DNA from: Pseudomonadota bacterium
Lineage (GTDB): Bacteria; Pseudomonadota; Gammaproteobacteria; JAKBBU01
Length of the DNA stretch: 64,000 bases
NCBI GenBank assembly: GCA_021808365.1
Contig: JAKBBU010000001.1
Coordinates: 30,615 to 94,614 of the forward strand
Direction of reading: 5' to 3'
Below the pieces are notes generated by a model that saw only the letters and a list, made by a program, of their open reading frames with translations, searched no databases and was not told the DNA's origin. The translations under genes were made by a program, and so were the position numbers. This document shows, in pieces, positions 49,827 to 57,669 of the stretch (within the stretch, counting starts at the first letter, position 1; each line of letters opens with the position of its first letter).

Positions 49827-50054
49827 ATGTTAATACTTACAAGACGTCCGGGCGAATCCCTCGTAATTGGTGATGATCCTAAAGTGGAAATTATCGTGCT
49901 AAGCACGCGTGGTAACCAAGTGCGAATTGGGATCAATGCCCCTAAGGATGTTTCCGTGCATCGCGAAGAAATCTATAACCGGATTAAAGAAATGGAAGGA
50001 AAATCAAATGGCATTAAGGAAGCTCAGGGAGTTACTACTTCCGTAGATGAATAG
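49827..50054 (+). CDS. csrA: Carbon storage regulator CsrA, with an extended C-terminus
   Basis: [50 protein letters not shown] is a near-consensus CsrA core, followed by a roughly 25-aa tail. A hairpin at 50071-50091 followed by a short T-run lies downstream. Confidence 0.8.
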   Translation: MLILTRRPGESLVIGDDPKVEIIVLSTRGNQVRIGINAPKDVSVHREEIYNRIKEMEGKSNGIKEAQGVTTSVDE

Positions 50055-50108
50055 GCATAGTCTTTGCAAACTCGGTCAATGATTGACCGAGCTGACTTTT
50101 AACTACTT

Positions 50109-50498
50109 ATGAATTTTTCACTTCTCGTTAAAGTCGCACCCTTCGCTCATCAAGGCTCACTCACAGCTTATCGTTTCTGTATCGCCGCATTATCTTCTGG
50201 GCATTGCATTCTTCAAGTCTTCTTTTATCAAGATGGTGTCTATAATGCTTCATCCCTTAATACACCTGCTGGTGATGAGATTGATCTACCTATGCTCTGG
50301 GCCGAGCTTGCTAAGATCCACGGCATAGAACTCTCTCTTTGTAGTGCTTCTGCTGTTCGACGAGGCATCTTGGATGCTGCTTATGCTGAACAATTTGAAA
50401 AAACTGCTCATAATTTGCTTGCTCCCTTCAAAATCGCGAGTTTAACGCGATTTTTTGAGGTGGCTTCTCAGAATCGTTTGGTTGTTTTTGAGAGTTAA
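50109..50498 (+). CDS. tusD: Sulfurtransferase TusD (DsrE family)
   Basis: 129 aa. The N-terminus resembles E. coli TusD, including the conserved Cys (…CSASAVRRGI). Confidence 0.75.
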   Translation: MNFSLLVKVAPFAHQGSLTAYRFCIAALSSGHCILQVFFYQDGVYNASSLNTPAGDEIDLPMLWAELAKIHGIELSLCSASAVRRGILDAAYAEQFEKTAHNLLAPFKIASLTRFFEVASQNRLVVFES

Positions 50499-50547
50499 GT
50501 AACTCAAGTAATGCAATGACGGGATAACCTAGAAACTTGGAAAACTG

Positions 50548-50904
50548 ATGAAACGAATCCTTTTCATCTTCCGTAACCCACCCTATGGAAATTCTACTTC
50601 CTCAGAAGGTCTTGATCTTCTACTGGGAGCCAGCGTCTTCGAATTTGAACTCAGTTTAGCTTTCATTGATGATGGTGTTTTTCAAATCAAATATAATCAA
50701 CAAACGGATCCTCTTGGACTTAAAAACTTCTCTGCTATTTTAGCTGCCCTACCTCATTATGGCATCGAACACATCTATGTCGAACAAGAATCGCTGCAAA
50801 AGCGAGGTCTTCTTCAAACTGATCTGATTATTGAAACTAAACTCATCAGCGCTGCGCTTCTGTCTGATCAAATAATAAGCAGTGATTTTGTGTTTCATTT
50901 CTAA
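50548..50904 (+). CDS. tusC: Sulfurtransferase TusC (DsrF family)
   Basis: 118 aa, MKRILFIFRNPPYGNSTSSEGLDLLL, in the TusC position downstream of tusD. No tusB-like ORF follows. Confidence 0.7.
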   Translation: MKRILFIFRNPPYGNSTSSEGLDLLLGASVFEFELSLAFIDDGVFQIKYNQQTDPLGLKNFSAILAALPHYGIEHIYVEQESLQKRGLLQTDLIIETKLISAALLSDQIISSDFVFHF

Positions 50905-50964
50905 TGCTATACTTCAAAAAGGCTGCGCTAACCCAACCTACGTCCTTATGAAAGAGCAAGCTTC

Positions 50965-52716
50965 ATGAGCAAACCCGTAATCAATCTCATCTTAATTGAA
51001 AATAGTCAAGAAGACAGCGCCCGACTAATCAAATTTCTGGAATCTTCCGAAGACATTCACTTTCAAATCACTCATCTTCACCTATTACGGGAATTTGAGG
51101 CTTATCCCGATCAAACGCACTTCGAAATCATGCTGCTCGATCTCAATCTTCCCGATACGCGCGGTATTGAAACCGTGACCGTTGCACACATCAAAGCCCC
51201 CGAACTACCCATCATTGTCCTCTCTTCTGAAGAAGAAGAATCGTTGGCCTTGAATGTGGTACAAGCAGGTGCTCAAGATTATTTAATCAAAAAAGACCTC
51301 GATGCTCACGCGCTCATACGAACCATCCGTTATGCCATGGAACGCAATCGATTAATGGTGGCCTTGGGCGAATTAAATCGACGCCAACAATTTCTCGCGA
51401 CCCATGATCTCCTTACCCATCTTCCCAACCGCCAACTCTTGCAAGATCGTCTTGAACAAGCACTCGTACACAGCCAACGCTATAAACAATTATTTGCTGT
51501 AATGTTCATCGATTTGGATAGTTTTAAAACGATCAACGATTCACTAGGGCATGATTATGGCGATCAATTACTTAAAATGGTCGCAGAACGATTAACGCAC
51601 TGCATTCGAACCACAGATACCCTCGCCCGTCTGGGTGGTGATGAATTTATTGTTGTCTTAACACATTTAAATGATCTCGAATCTATCAACCGCGTCGCTG
51701 AAAATATTCTTCAAATTTATACCCAACCCTTCATGCTTAAAGAACATGAGGTTTACGTGACTGCCAGTATCGGCATTGCGATTTATCCACATGATGGCAA
51801 TGAAATAAAAACGCTGCTAAAAAATGCAGATGCCGCCATGTACAGTGCAAAAGCCCTCGGGCGTAATAATTATGCGTTTTATACACCCGAATTACAGATC
51901 TCTTCCTATCAAAAATTGACCTTAATTAATAATTTGCGCCGTGCTCTCGAAGGCAATGAATTTATGATCTATTATCAACCACAGATTGATACACAGACCA
52001 ATAAACTCATCGGCTTAGAAGCCTTACTGCGATGGCACCATTATCGACTAGGTTTCATTGAGCCGCAAAATTTTATTAACGTTGCTGAAGAAGCAGGCCT
52101 TATTGTGCCGATCGGTGCCTGGGTCTTAAAAACCGCCTGTGAGCATTATTTAGTCTGGCAAGAAGAAGGCATCGCCCCACCCTTTCTTGCAGTTAATTTA
52201 TCCGTGCGGCAATTTTCTCAACCTGGTTTTGTCAGCACGATTAAAAAAATTCTAGATGAGGCTAACTTTGATCCGTGTCATTTGGATTTAGAGTTAACCG
52301 AAAGCATCATCATGAATGATCCGGAAGAAGTCATTTTAGAATTGCATGCTTTAAAAAAATTGGGGATTCATATTTCGATCGATGATTTTGGTACGGGTTA
52401 TTCTTCCTTGAGCTATCTTAAAAACTTGCCTATTGACACCCTGAAAATTGATAAAAGTTTTGTCACAGGTTTAGCTGAAGATGAAAGTAATACAAAAATT
52501 ATTCAGGCTATTATTGCCCTAGCGCACAGCCTCGGGATTGATGTGCTTGCTGAAGGGGTTGAAACGATAGAGGAAAAGAATTTATTGATTGCTCGTGGAT
52601 GTACGCGGATGCAGGGTTATCTTTTTCATTATCCAATGAGCATGGAAGAAACGGGGGATTTTTTGCGAAAACCGCAAAAAGTCAAAAAGACCTTAATAAC
52701 TCAAAAGAAAACCTAA
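50965..52716 (+). CDS. Response regulator with receiver, GGDEF and EAL domains
   Basis: Receiver domain with acidic pocket and phospho-acceptor Asp (MLLDLNLPD). GGDEF domain with an intact RLGGDEF. EAL domain with EALLRW and DDFGTGYSS motifs. Confidence 0.85.
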   Translation: MSKPVINLILIENSQEDSARLIKFLESSEDIHFQITHLHLLREFEAYPDQTHFEIMLLDLNLPDTRGIETVTVAHIKAPELPIIVLSSEEEESLALNVVQAGAQDYLIKKDLDAHALIRTIRYAMERNRLMVALGELNRRQQFLATHDLLTHLPNRQLLQDRLEQALVHSQRYKQLFAVMFIDLDSFKTINDSLGHDYGDQLLKMVAERLTHCIRTTDTLARLGGDEFIVVLTHLNDLESINRVAENILQIYTQPFMLKEHEVYVTASIGIAIYPHDGNEIKTLLKNADAAMYSAKALGRNNYAFYTPELQISSYQKLTLINNLRRALEGNEFMIYYQPQIDTQTNKLIGLEALLRWHHYRLGFIEPQNFINVAEEAGLIVPIGAWVLKTACEHYLVWQEEGIAPPFLAVNLSVRQFSQPGFVSTIKKILDEANFDPCHLDLELTESIIMNDPEEVILELHALKKLGIHISIDDFGTGYSSLSYLKNLPIDTLKIDKSFVTGLAEDESNTKIIQAIIALAHSLGIDVLAEGVETIEEKNLLIARGCTRMQGYLFHYPMSMEETGDFLRKPQKVKKTLITQKKT

Positions 52717-53529
52717 AAAAATCCAAGCACCTACCCAATGATTATTAATAAAAGCTTGTATATAGGCTTGGTGCTTCCTCACTAAGACCTGTTGATAGAT
52801 AAAATGAGCCGATGCAGCAGCAATGCAAACATAATAAAATGGTTTCATATTCAGAGATAGACCAAGTGCTATAAAGCCAAGAATAAAAATAACTTGAAGT
52901 ATCGCAATAATGAAACAATCCCATTGAGCAAATAAAATCGCCGTTGATTTAATGCCTGCTTTTAGATCATCCTCGCGATCAGCCATGGCATAAAAGGTGT
53001 CGTAGATCACGGCATAAAGAGTTGCTAGCAGATAAATCCACAGGGCAAGCCAGGAAAGATGTCCTTGGACGGAAGCAAAGGCCATAGGAATACTCATATA
53101 CCAAGCAAGCCCTAAAAATAATTGAGGAAAATAAGTGTATCGTTTCATGAAGGGATAAATCATCCCTAGAAAAAGGGCAATGGGAGATAATAAGAGGGTG
53201 AGCCGATTTAATTGCAAGACTAAGATCAGTGCAATGCTGACCAATAAACCAAATAAAACCCAAGCTGATTGCAGTGAAAGTTCGCCTGTTGCCAAGGGTC
53301 TTTTTTGGGTACGTTTAACTTGTCGATCAAAATGCCGATCAGCAATATCATTGATCACGCAACCCGCGGATCGCATGACGAGAACGCCTAGTATAAAAAT
53401 GATGATATTTTTAATGCCAGGCCTACCCTCACCTGCTATCCATAGAGCCCATAATGTGGGCCAAAGTAGCAATAAAATGGGCCAGGGGCGATGGAGACGC
53501 ATGAGACGTACGTAAGACGAGATCTTCAT
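52693..53529 (-). CDS. ubiA: 4-hydroxybenzoate octaprenyltransferase
   Basis: UbiA prenyltransferase motifs are present (NDxxDxxxD: CVINDIADRHFD). The N-terminus RLMRLHRPWPILLLLWPTLWAL is typical of UbiA. Confidence 0.85.
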   Translation of the reverse strand: MKISSYVRLMRLHRPWPILLLLWPTLWALWIAGEGRPGIKNIIIFILGVLVMRSAGCVINDIADRHFDRQVKRTQKRPLATGELSLQSAWVLFGLLVSIALILVLQLNRLTLLLSPIALFLGMIYPFMKRYTYFPQLFLGLAWYMSIPMAFASVQGHLSWLALWIYLLATLYAVIYDTFYAMADREDDLKAGIKSTAILFAQWDCFIIAILQVIFILGFIALGLSLNMKPFYYVCIAAASAHFIYQQVLVRKHQAYIQAFINNHWVGAWIFLGFLLSY

Positions 53530-54575
53530 TAGGTATCCCTTCGAAAAATCATTCGGCCCTGAGCCATGAAACTGATGATGAATAAAAAAGCATCGGCCAT
53601 GATTTTTGCAGGGATCACGCTGATCCCAAGTCCTTGGTTCAATAATTTAATCAATAAATAAGAGGAAAGCATAATCCCTACAGCTAATATGCCATATCGT
53701 TTGAGTTCTCGCCCAAGTTTTGATCGGTGTGCTTTATAAACAAGATATTTATTGTTATAAAAATTAAACAGACTTGAAATAATGCGCGCGATGACGACGC
53801 TGCTGATTAAATTAGCGCCAGAATAATGGCAAAGTGAAAAAATACTTAAATCGATTAAAAACGAAAGAAAAGAGATGATGATAAATCGAAGAAATACAAA
53901 GTAAACACGAAACGAATCGAGAATGGGATTAAAATGTGAAGATCGATTATCATCAATGTAGACCGTTGAAATGGTGATTTGTTGAACATTAATTGCTTGA
54001 TCAGCTAAATACATTAAACATTCCAATTCAAAATCATAGCGATTCGAGTGAAATTCAACAAAGGCGCTTAATAAAGCTTTGGGGATAGCGCGTAACCCTG
54101 TTTGTGTATCGCTGACTTCTCGTTTGTAAATTTTTTTAAACAGCCAGCGTGTGAGTTCATTACCGAACTTACTGCGCGCGGGTGTTTTTCCACTAAATTC
54201 ACGGACACCCAAAATAAAATGATTTGGATTTTTTTCAAGGGCTTGTGCCAATCGAATGACGTCTTGAACCAGGTGTTGGCCGTCGGCATCGAGGGTGACG
54301 ACACCAAGACAATCGGGGGCGTGTTCGAGAAGGTAATGAAATCCTGTTTTGAGGGCAGCACCCTTGCCTTGGTTATGGTCATGGTTCAATACGGTAACAT
54401 TGGGTAGTTTTGCACAGGCTTCAAAAAGAGGTTGCATTTTTTCATCCGAACCGTCGTTGATGATCAGGGTAGGATATTCTGCCGTGGGTAAGTGGGTGAT
54501 GAGGGTGAGTAGTTGCTCATCGGGGTTATAGGCCGGGATGAGTAGATAAACTTTGGAAGGAAGTTTATTGTTCAT
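53529..54575 (-). CDS. Family-2 glycosyltransferase (polyprenyl-phosphate sugar transferase-like) fused to a GtrA-like membrane domain
   Basis: N-terminal GT-A fold (VYLLIPAYNPDEQ, DAD in VTLDADGQH). The C-terminal 120 aa has four transmembrane helices typical of GtrA-family proteins. Confidence 0.7.
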   Translation of the reverse strand: MNNKLPSKVYLLIPAYNPDEQLLTLITHLPTAEYPTLIINDGSDEKMQPLFEACAKLPNVTVLNHDHNQGKGAALKTGFHYLLEHAPDCLGVVTLDADGQHLVQDVIRLAQALEKNPNHFILGVREFSGKTPARSKFGNELTRWLFKKIYKREVSDTQTGLRAIPKALLSAFVEFHSNRYDFELECLMYLADQAINVQQITISTVYIDDNRSSHFNPILDSFRVYFVFLRFIIISFLSFLIDLSIFSLCHYSGANLISSVVIARIISSLFNFYNNKYLVYKAHRSKLGRELKRYGILAVGIMLSSYLLIKLLNQGLGISVIPAKIMADAFLFIISFMAQGRMIFRRDT

Positions 54576-55180
54576 GTGGACTCATTGGCCTCTTCTTCGT
54601 CACAAAAATCGTAGAAGTGTTGTTCCGTCACTACACCATCGAGGAATACATCGTGTTTGTGTGTCAAAATTTCGTCAACCTTTTGAAGTTCATAGGCTAG
54701 CCCGAGTAGGTAGGGCTTTGTTTTTTTTGCCTGTGTAAGTTTAAACGAAAATGCGCGATCATAGTAGCCTGCGCCGCGTCCTAAGCGAGCACCTTTGTGG
54801 TCAAAGGCGACAAGAGGAACGAGGACGAGATCGAGTTCAGCGGCTGGGATAGCCTGTATATGTGCTTGGGGCTCGAGGATGCCATGAGCATTGGGGTGCA
54901 AGGACTGATTTTCGGTGTAGTGTTGGAAGATGAGCGTGGGTGGTTCTGCGTATTGAATTTTAGGTAGATAGAGTGTTTTACTCATTGCCCAGGCGAGTTT
55001 GATGAGTTCACTGGGGTCGACTTCTCCGTCTTGGGCATGGTAGACGGCGATGCTGTGGCTGGCTTTGAAGGTGTTTTGTTGGGCGATAGTGGTCGCGATG
55101 GCTTGGGCGGCTTTTTCTTGGAGGTTTTTGGGAATTGCTTTGCGTGCATTGCGAAGTGTTTGTCGTAGGTCTTTGGACAT
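54572..55180 (-). CDS. ygfA: 5-formyltetrahydrofolate cyclo-ligase
   Basis: MTHFS-family motifs (…LDLVLVPLVAFDHKGARLGRGAGYYDR). The start is chosen at MSKD, which gives good ribosome-binding-site spacing (AAGG, 8 nt). It lies divergent to ygfB-pepP-ubiH, as in E. coli. Confidence 0.75.
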   Translation of the reverse strand: MSKDLRQTLRNARKAIPKNLQEKAAQAIATTIAQQNTFKASHSIAVYHAQDGEVDPSELIKLAWAMSKTLYLPKIQYAEPPTLIFQHYTENQSLHPNAHGILEPQAHIQAIPAAELDLVLVPLVAFDHKGARLGRGAGYYDRAFSFKLTQAKKTKPYLLGLAYELQKVDEILTHKHDVFLDGVVTEQHFYDFCDEEEANEST

Positions 55181-55194
55181 TGTCATTGCCTTAG

Positions 55195-55380
55195 AAACAA
55201 AAACCCCGCCATATCGTGACAAGCTTCATTCTGAACCCGGGAGTCCAGGTGGGGCAGATGCGGGATGTATCAGGCGTTCTACTCAAGGCAGACATGCACA
55301 ACAACTCCCTAAATTTTAGCCCCTTATCGTTACTTATAGGTCCAAAGAACGATCACTTATTCGTAAACACAGCGGGATTA
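55195..55380 (-). ncRNA. ssrS: Candidate 6S RNA (ssrS) in the 5' leader of ygfA. This is a hypothesis from synteny, not a sequence match.
   Basis: A 320-bp ORF-free region lies upstream of ygfA, which in E. coli and many gammaproteobacteria is co-transcribed with ssrS. A minus-strand promoter-like site is present (TTGTAA, 16-nt spacer, TATACT, with -10 at plus 55386-55391). The termini of the candidate can pair (5' AAUCCCGC with 3' GCGGGGUU). Confidence 0.3.
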
Positions 55381-55465
55381 GTTACAGTATAACAAATTTA
55401 TTCTTAATTACAATTTTAAGGCGTTGTCATTCTTGACAGCTTTTTTGCTAAATGAGTGTGAAAAG

Positions 55466-55474
55466 TGGTATAAT
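55466..55474 (+). promoter_or_regulatory. Extended -10 promoter element (TGgTATAAT) for ygfB
   Basis: TGGTATAAT lies 27 nt upstream of the ygfB ATG. A strong GGGGG ribosome-binding site sits at 55492-55496. Confidence 0.35.
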
Positions 55475-55500
55475 GCCTCATTGGCCTTCTAGGGGGAAAT

Positions 55501-56097
55501 ATGCAAGCACAACGGACACTCAATTTCAATGATATAGGCTCTGCCATTGGCCAAAAACGTATTTTTTCAGGCCCTTCTTATGCCCACGGTTGGCTCTGTG
55601 GCATGATTTGTGCGGGCAATAAAATGAATGGTTCATCTTGGGCGGAATTACTCCTGGGCATCGATGATCACAGCAATCTTAAAGCTCTAGAAAGCCGCCA
55701 ACTCTTGTTGGATCTTCACCGTGCTAGCTGTGAGCAATTACATAATTTTTCATTTGAGTTTCAAGTCCTTCTTCCTGATGATGAGAGCGACCTCATGACC
55801 CGTGCAACCTCACTCAGTGAGTGGTGCGAGGGTTTTCTTGAGAGTCTGGCTCTTGCAGGCATTGGACTCGGCACCGGCCAATTGAAGGAATGTCAAGATG
55901 TGTTGCGTGATTTTACTGAAATTGCAGCTCTTGATTATGACCAAATTAAGGCATCTAAATCTGATCAAGAGTCATTCGAGCAAGTTGTTGAATATGTCCG
56001 GATGGCCGTTCTGTTGATTTACACTGTTATGACTACGAAACAAAATCGTTCACGTCGTTTTTCACCGGAATCAATCACGGAAGATTATTTGCATTAG
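55501..56097 (+). CDS. ygfB: UPF0149/YgfB-family protein
   Basis: 198 aa, acidic, with the YgfB/YecA N-domain. Its position upstream of pepP-ubiH-ubiI matches the E. coli ygfB-pepP-ubiH-visC cluster. Confidence 0.7.
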   Translation: MQAQRTLNFNDIGSAIGQKRIFSGPSYAHGWLCGMICAGNKMNGSSWAELLLGIDDHSNLKALESRQLLLDLHRASCEQLHNFSFEFQVLLPDDESDLMTRATSLSEWCEGFLESLALAGIGLGTGQLKECQDVLRDFTEIAALDYDQIKASKSDQESFEQVVEYVRMAVLLIYTVMTTKQNRSRRFSPESITEDYLH

Positions 56098-56145
56098 CCT
56101 CGATGTCATTCTCGCGGAGTATAATGTAGTATATCGTCATCCCGG

Positions 56146-56200
56146 GATTTAGTCGTTCTTCGCGCGTACTCGCGCGTTAGAACGACTTAATACCCGGGAT
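56146..56200. repeat. Family-C palindromic repeat (GTCATCCCGGGATTTAGTCGTTCTTCGCGCGTACTCGCGCGTTAGAACGACTTAATACCCGGGAT)
   Basis: Second full copy of the 19290-19356 element. It sits in a mosaic with a partial family-B copy (56105-56120), family-B copy B5 (56256-56282) and a partial family-C copy (56286-56302). Confidence 0.8.
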
Positions 56201-56255
56201 CCAGGAAATAAAAAAAGGATTTTTTCACCAAAAGAAAAAATCCCTTTTTATAAGA

Positions 56256-56282
56256 CTGGATTCCCGCCTCCGCGGGAATGAC
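56256..56282. repeat. Family-B palindromic repeat, about 45 nt upstream of pepP
   Basis: CTGGATTCCCGCCTCCGCGGGAATGAC. Confidence 0.8.
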
Positions 56283-56326
56283 GAGTGTTATAAATCCCGG
56301 GATGACGACATGGCGCAGGGGCTACC

Positions 56327-57667
56327 ATGAAACCCATCATCACCACCGAAGAATACACACAGCGTCGTCGTCGCTTGCTCGATGCAATGGGCCATTCAAT
56401 TGCAATTATTAAAAATGATCCCGAACGCGTTCGAAATGGCGATGGCCATTATCCCTACCGTTCAAACAGTTCATTTTATTATCTCACCGGATTTTCTGAA
56501 CCCGAGGCTATTTTAGTTCTTATTAGAAGACTGGATTCCCGCCTCCGCGGGAATGACGTTGGGGAATCTATACTTTTCGTTCGGCCACGTTGTCCCGCTG
56601 AAGAACAATGGACGGGTCTACGCGCAGGAACTGAAGGCGCGGTTCAAGATTATCAAGTTGATCAAGCTTTTCCTCTTGATGAATTTGATACACGTTTACC
56701 TGAATTATTGAGCAATCAAACCCGTTTAATGTATCAATTTGGGCGTGACCCACAGTGGGATGCGCGCATATTAAATGCTTTAAATGCAGCCCGTCGTTTT
56801 ATTCGCCAAGGTAAACACGTGCCGGATCAAATCCTGTCCATCGACACGCTGCTCGATGAAATGCGATTAATTAAAAGCCCCTCTGAAATTCAAATGATGC
56901 GATACATTGCCGATCACTCTGCTAAAGCCCATGTTCGCGCCATGAAGCATTGCCGCCCTGCCCTCAATGAATATCATTTAGCAGCTGAAATTCATCATGA
57001 ATTAGCGCTTGAGGGATCGCATGAAACAGCCTATCCATCTATTGTGGGCAGTGGTGCGAATGCCTGTATTCTTCATTACACCGATAATAAAGCTATTTTG
57101 CGCGACGGCGATTTAGTGTTGATCGACGCTGGCGGTGAATATGGAAATTATAGTGCAGATATTACACGAACATTTCCGATCAATGGAACCTTTAATCCAC
57201 AGCAAAAAGCTCTGTACAATCTTGTGTTAAAGGCACAAATGGCTGCGATTGAATTAATTAAACCTGGATTAATATGGTCGGCGATTCAAGAAACGATCGT
57301 AAAAGTGTTCACAAAAGGTCTTATTGAATTAGGGATTTTAAATGGTAAGTTTGATGATTTAATTCACAAACAAGCTTATTTGCCCTTCTACATGCACTCA
57401 AGTGGGCATTGGTTGGGGCTTGATACGCATGATGTCGGTTCTTATCGCAAAGCTGATGGACAATGGCGTCCTTTAGAAGCTGGCATGGTGTTGACGGTTG
57501 AACCTGGCTTGTATATTTCGCCCGATGCTGAAAATATTGATCCGATCTGGAAAGGGATAGCCATTCGCATTGAAGATGATATTCTCGTCACAAGTTCGGG
57601 TCATGAAGTATTAAGCCAAGCGGCACCGAAAACGGTGAAAGAAATCGAAGCGTTGATGCAAGGTTAG
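56327..57667 (+). CDS. pepP: Xaa-Pro aminopeptidase
   Basis: N-terminal creatinase-like domain plus M24 pita-bread domain with the metal ligands DAGGEYGNYSADITRT, HxxGHWLGLDTHD and EPG. A 27-nt family-B repeat lies in frame at codons 69-77. Confidence 0.85.
   Translation: MKPIITTEEYTQRRRRLLDAMGHSIAIIKNDPERVRNGDGHYPYRSNSSFYYLTGFSEPEAILVLIRRLDSRLRGNDVGESILFVRPRCPAEEQWTGLRAGTEGAVQDYQVDQAFPLDEFDTRLPELLSNQTRLMYQFGRDPQWDARILNALNAARRFIRQGKHVPDQILSIDTLLDEMRLIKSPSEIQMMRYIADHSAKAHVRAMKHCRPALNEYHLAAEIHHELALEGSHETAYPSIVGSGANACILHYTDNKAILRDGDLVLIDAGGEYGNYSADITRTFPINGTFNPQQKALYNLVLKAQMAAIELIKPGLIWSAIQETIVKVFTKGLIELGILNGKFDDLIHKQAYLPFYMHSSGHWLGLDTHDVGSYRKADGQWRPLEAGMVLTVEPGLYISPDAENIDPIWKGIAIRIEDDILVTSSGHEVLSQAAPKTVKEIEALMQG
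56531..56557. repeat. Family-B palindromic repeat inserted in frame inside pepP
   Basis: CTGGATTCCCGCCTCCGCGGGAATGAC is identical to the intergenic copies at 47521 and 56256. Here it encodes RLDSRLRGND in a surface-loop position, where E. coli PepP has a shorter loop. Confidence 0.85.
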
Positions 57668-57669
57668 TT

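Noticed and set aside
45921-50054. N-terminal extensions of the six-frame ORFs for argF (39 aa), argH (34 aa), argR (18 aa), csrA (22 aa) and lptG (35 aa)
   Set aside because: The extensions lack homology, and the conserved protein N-termini begin at internal Met codons with plausible ribosome-binding sites. The starts were trimmed accordingly.
55432-55437. TTGACA hexamer as the -35 element of the ygfB promoter
   Set aside because: It is 31 nt upstream of the TATAAT box, which is too far for a sigma70 -35 element. The extended -10 element (TGgTATAAT) is the more plausible promoter determinant.
56327-57667. pepP as a frameshifted or disrupted pseudogene because of the embedded repeat
   Set aside because: The 27-nt insert keeps the reading frame, and all M24 catalytic motifs downstream are intact, so the gene is most likely functional.
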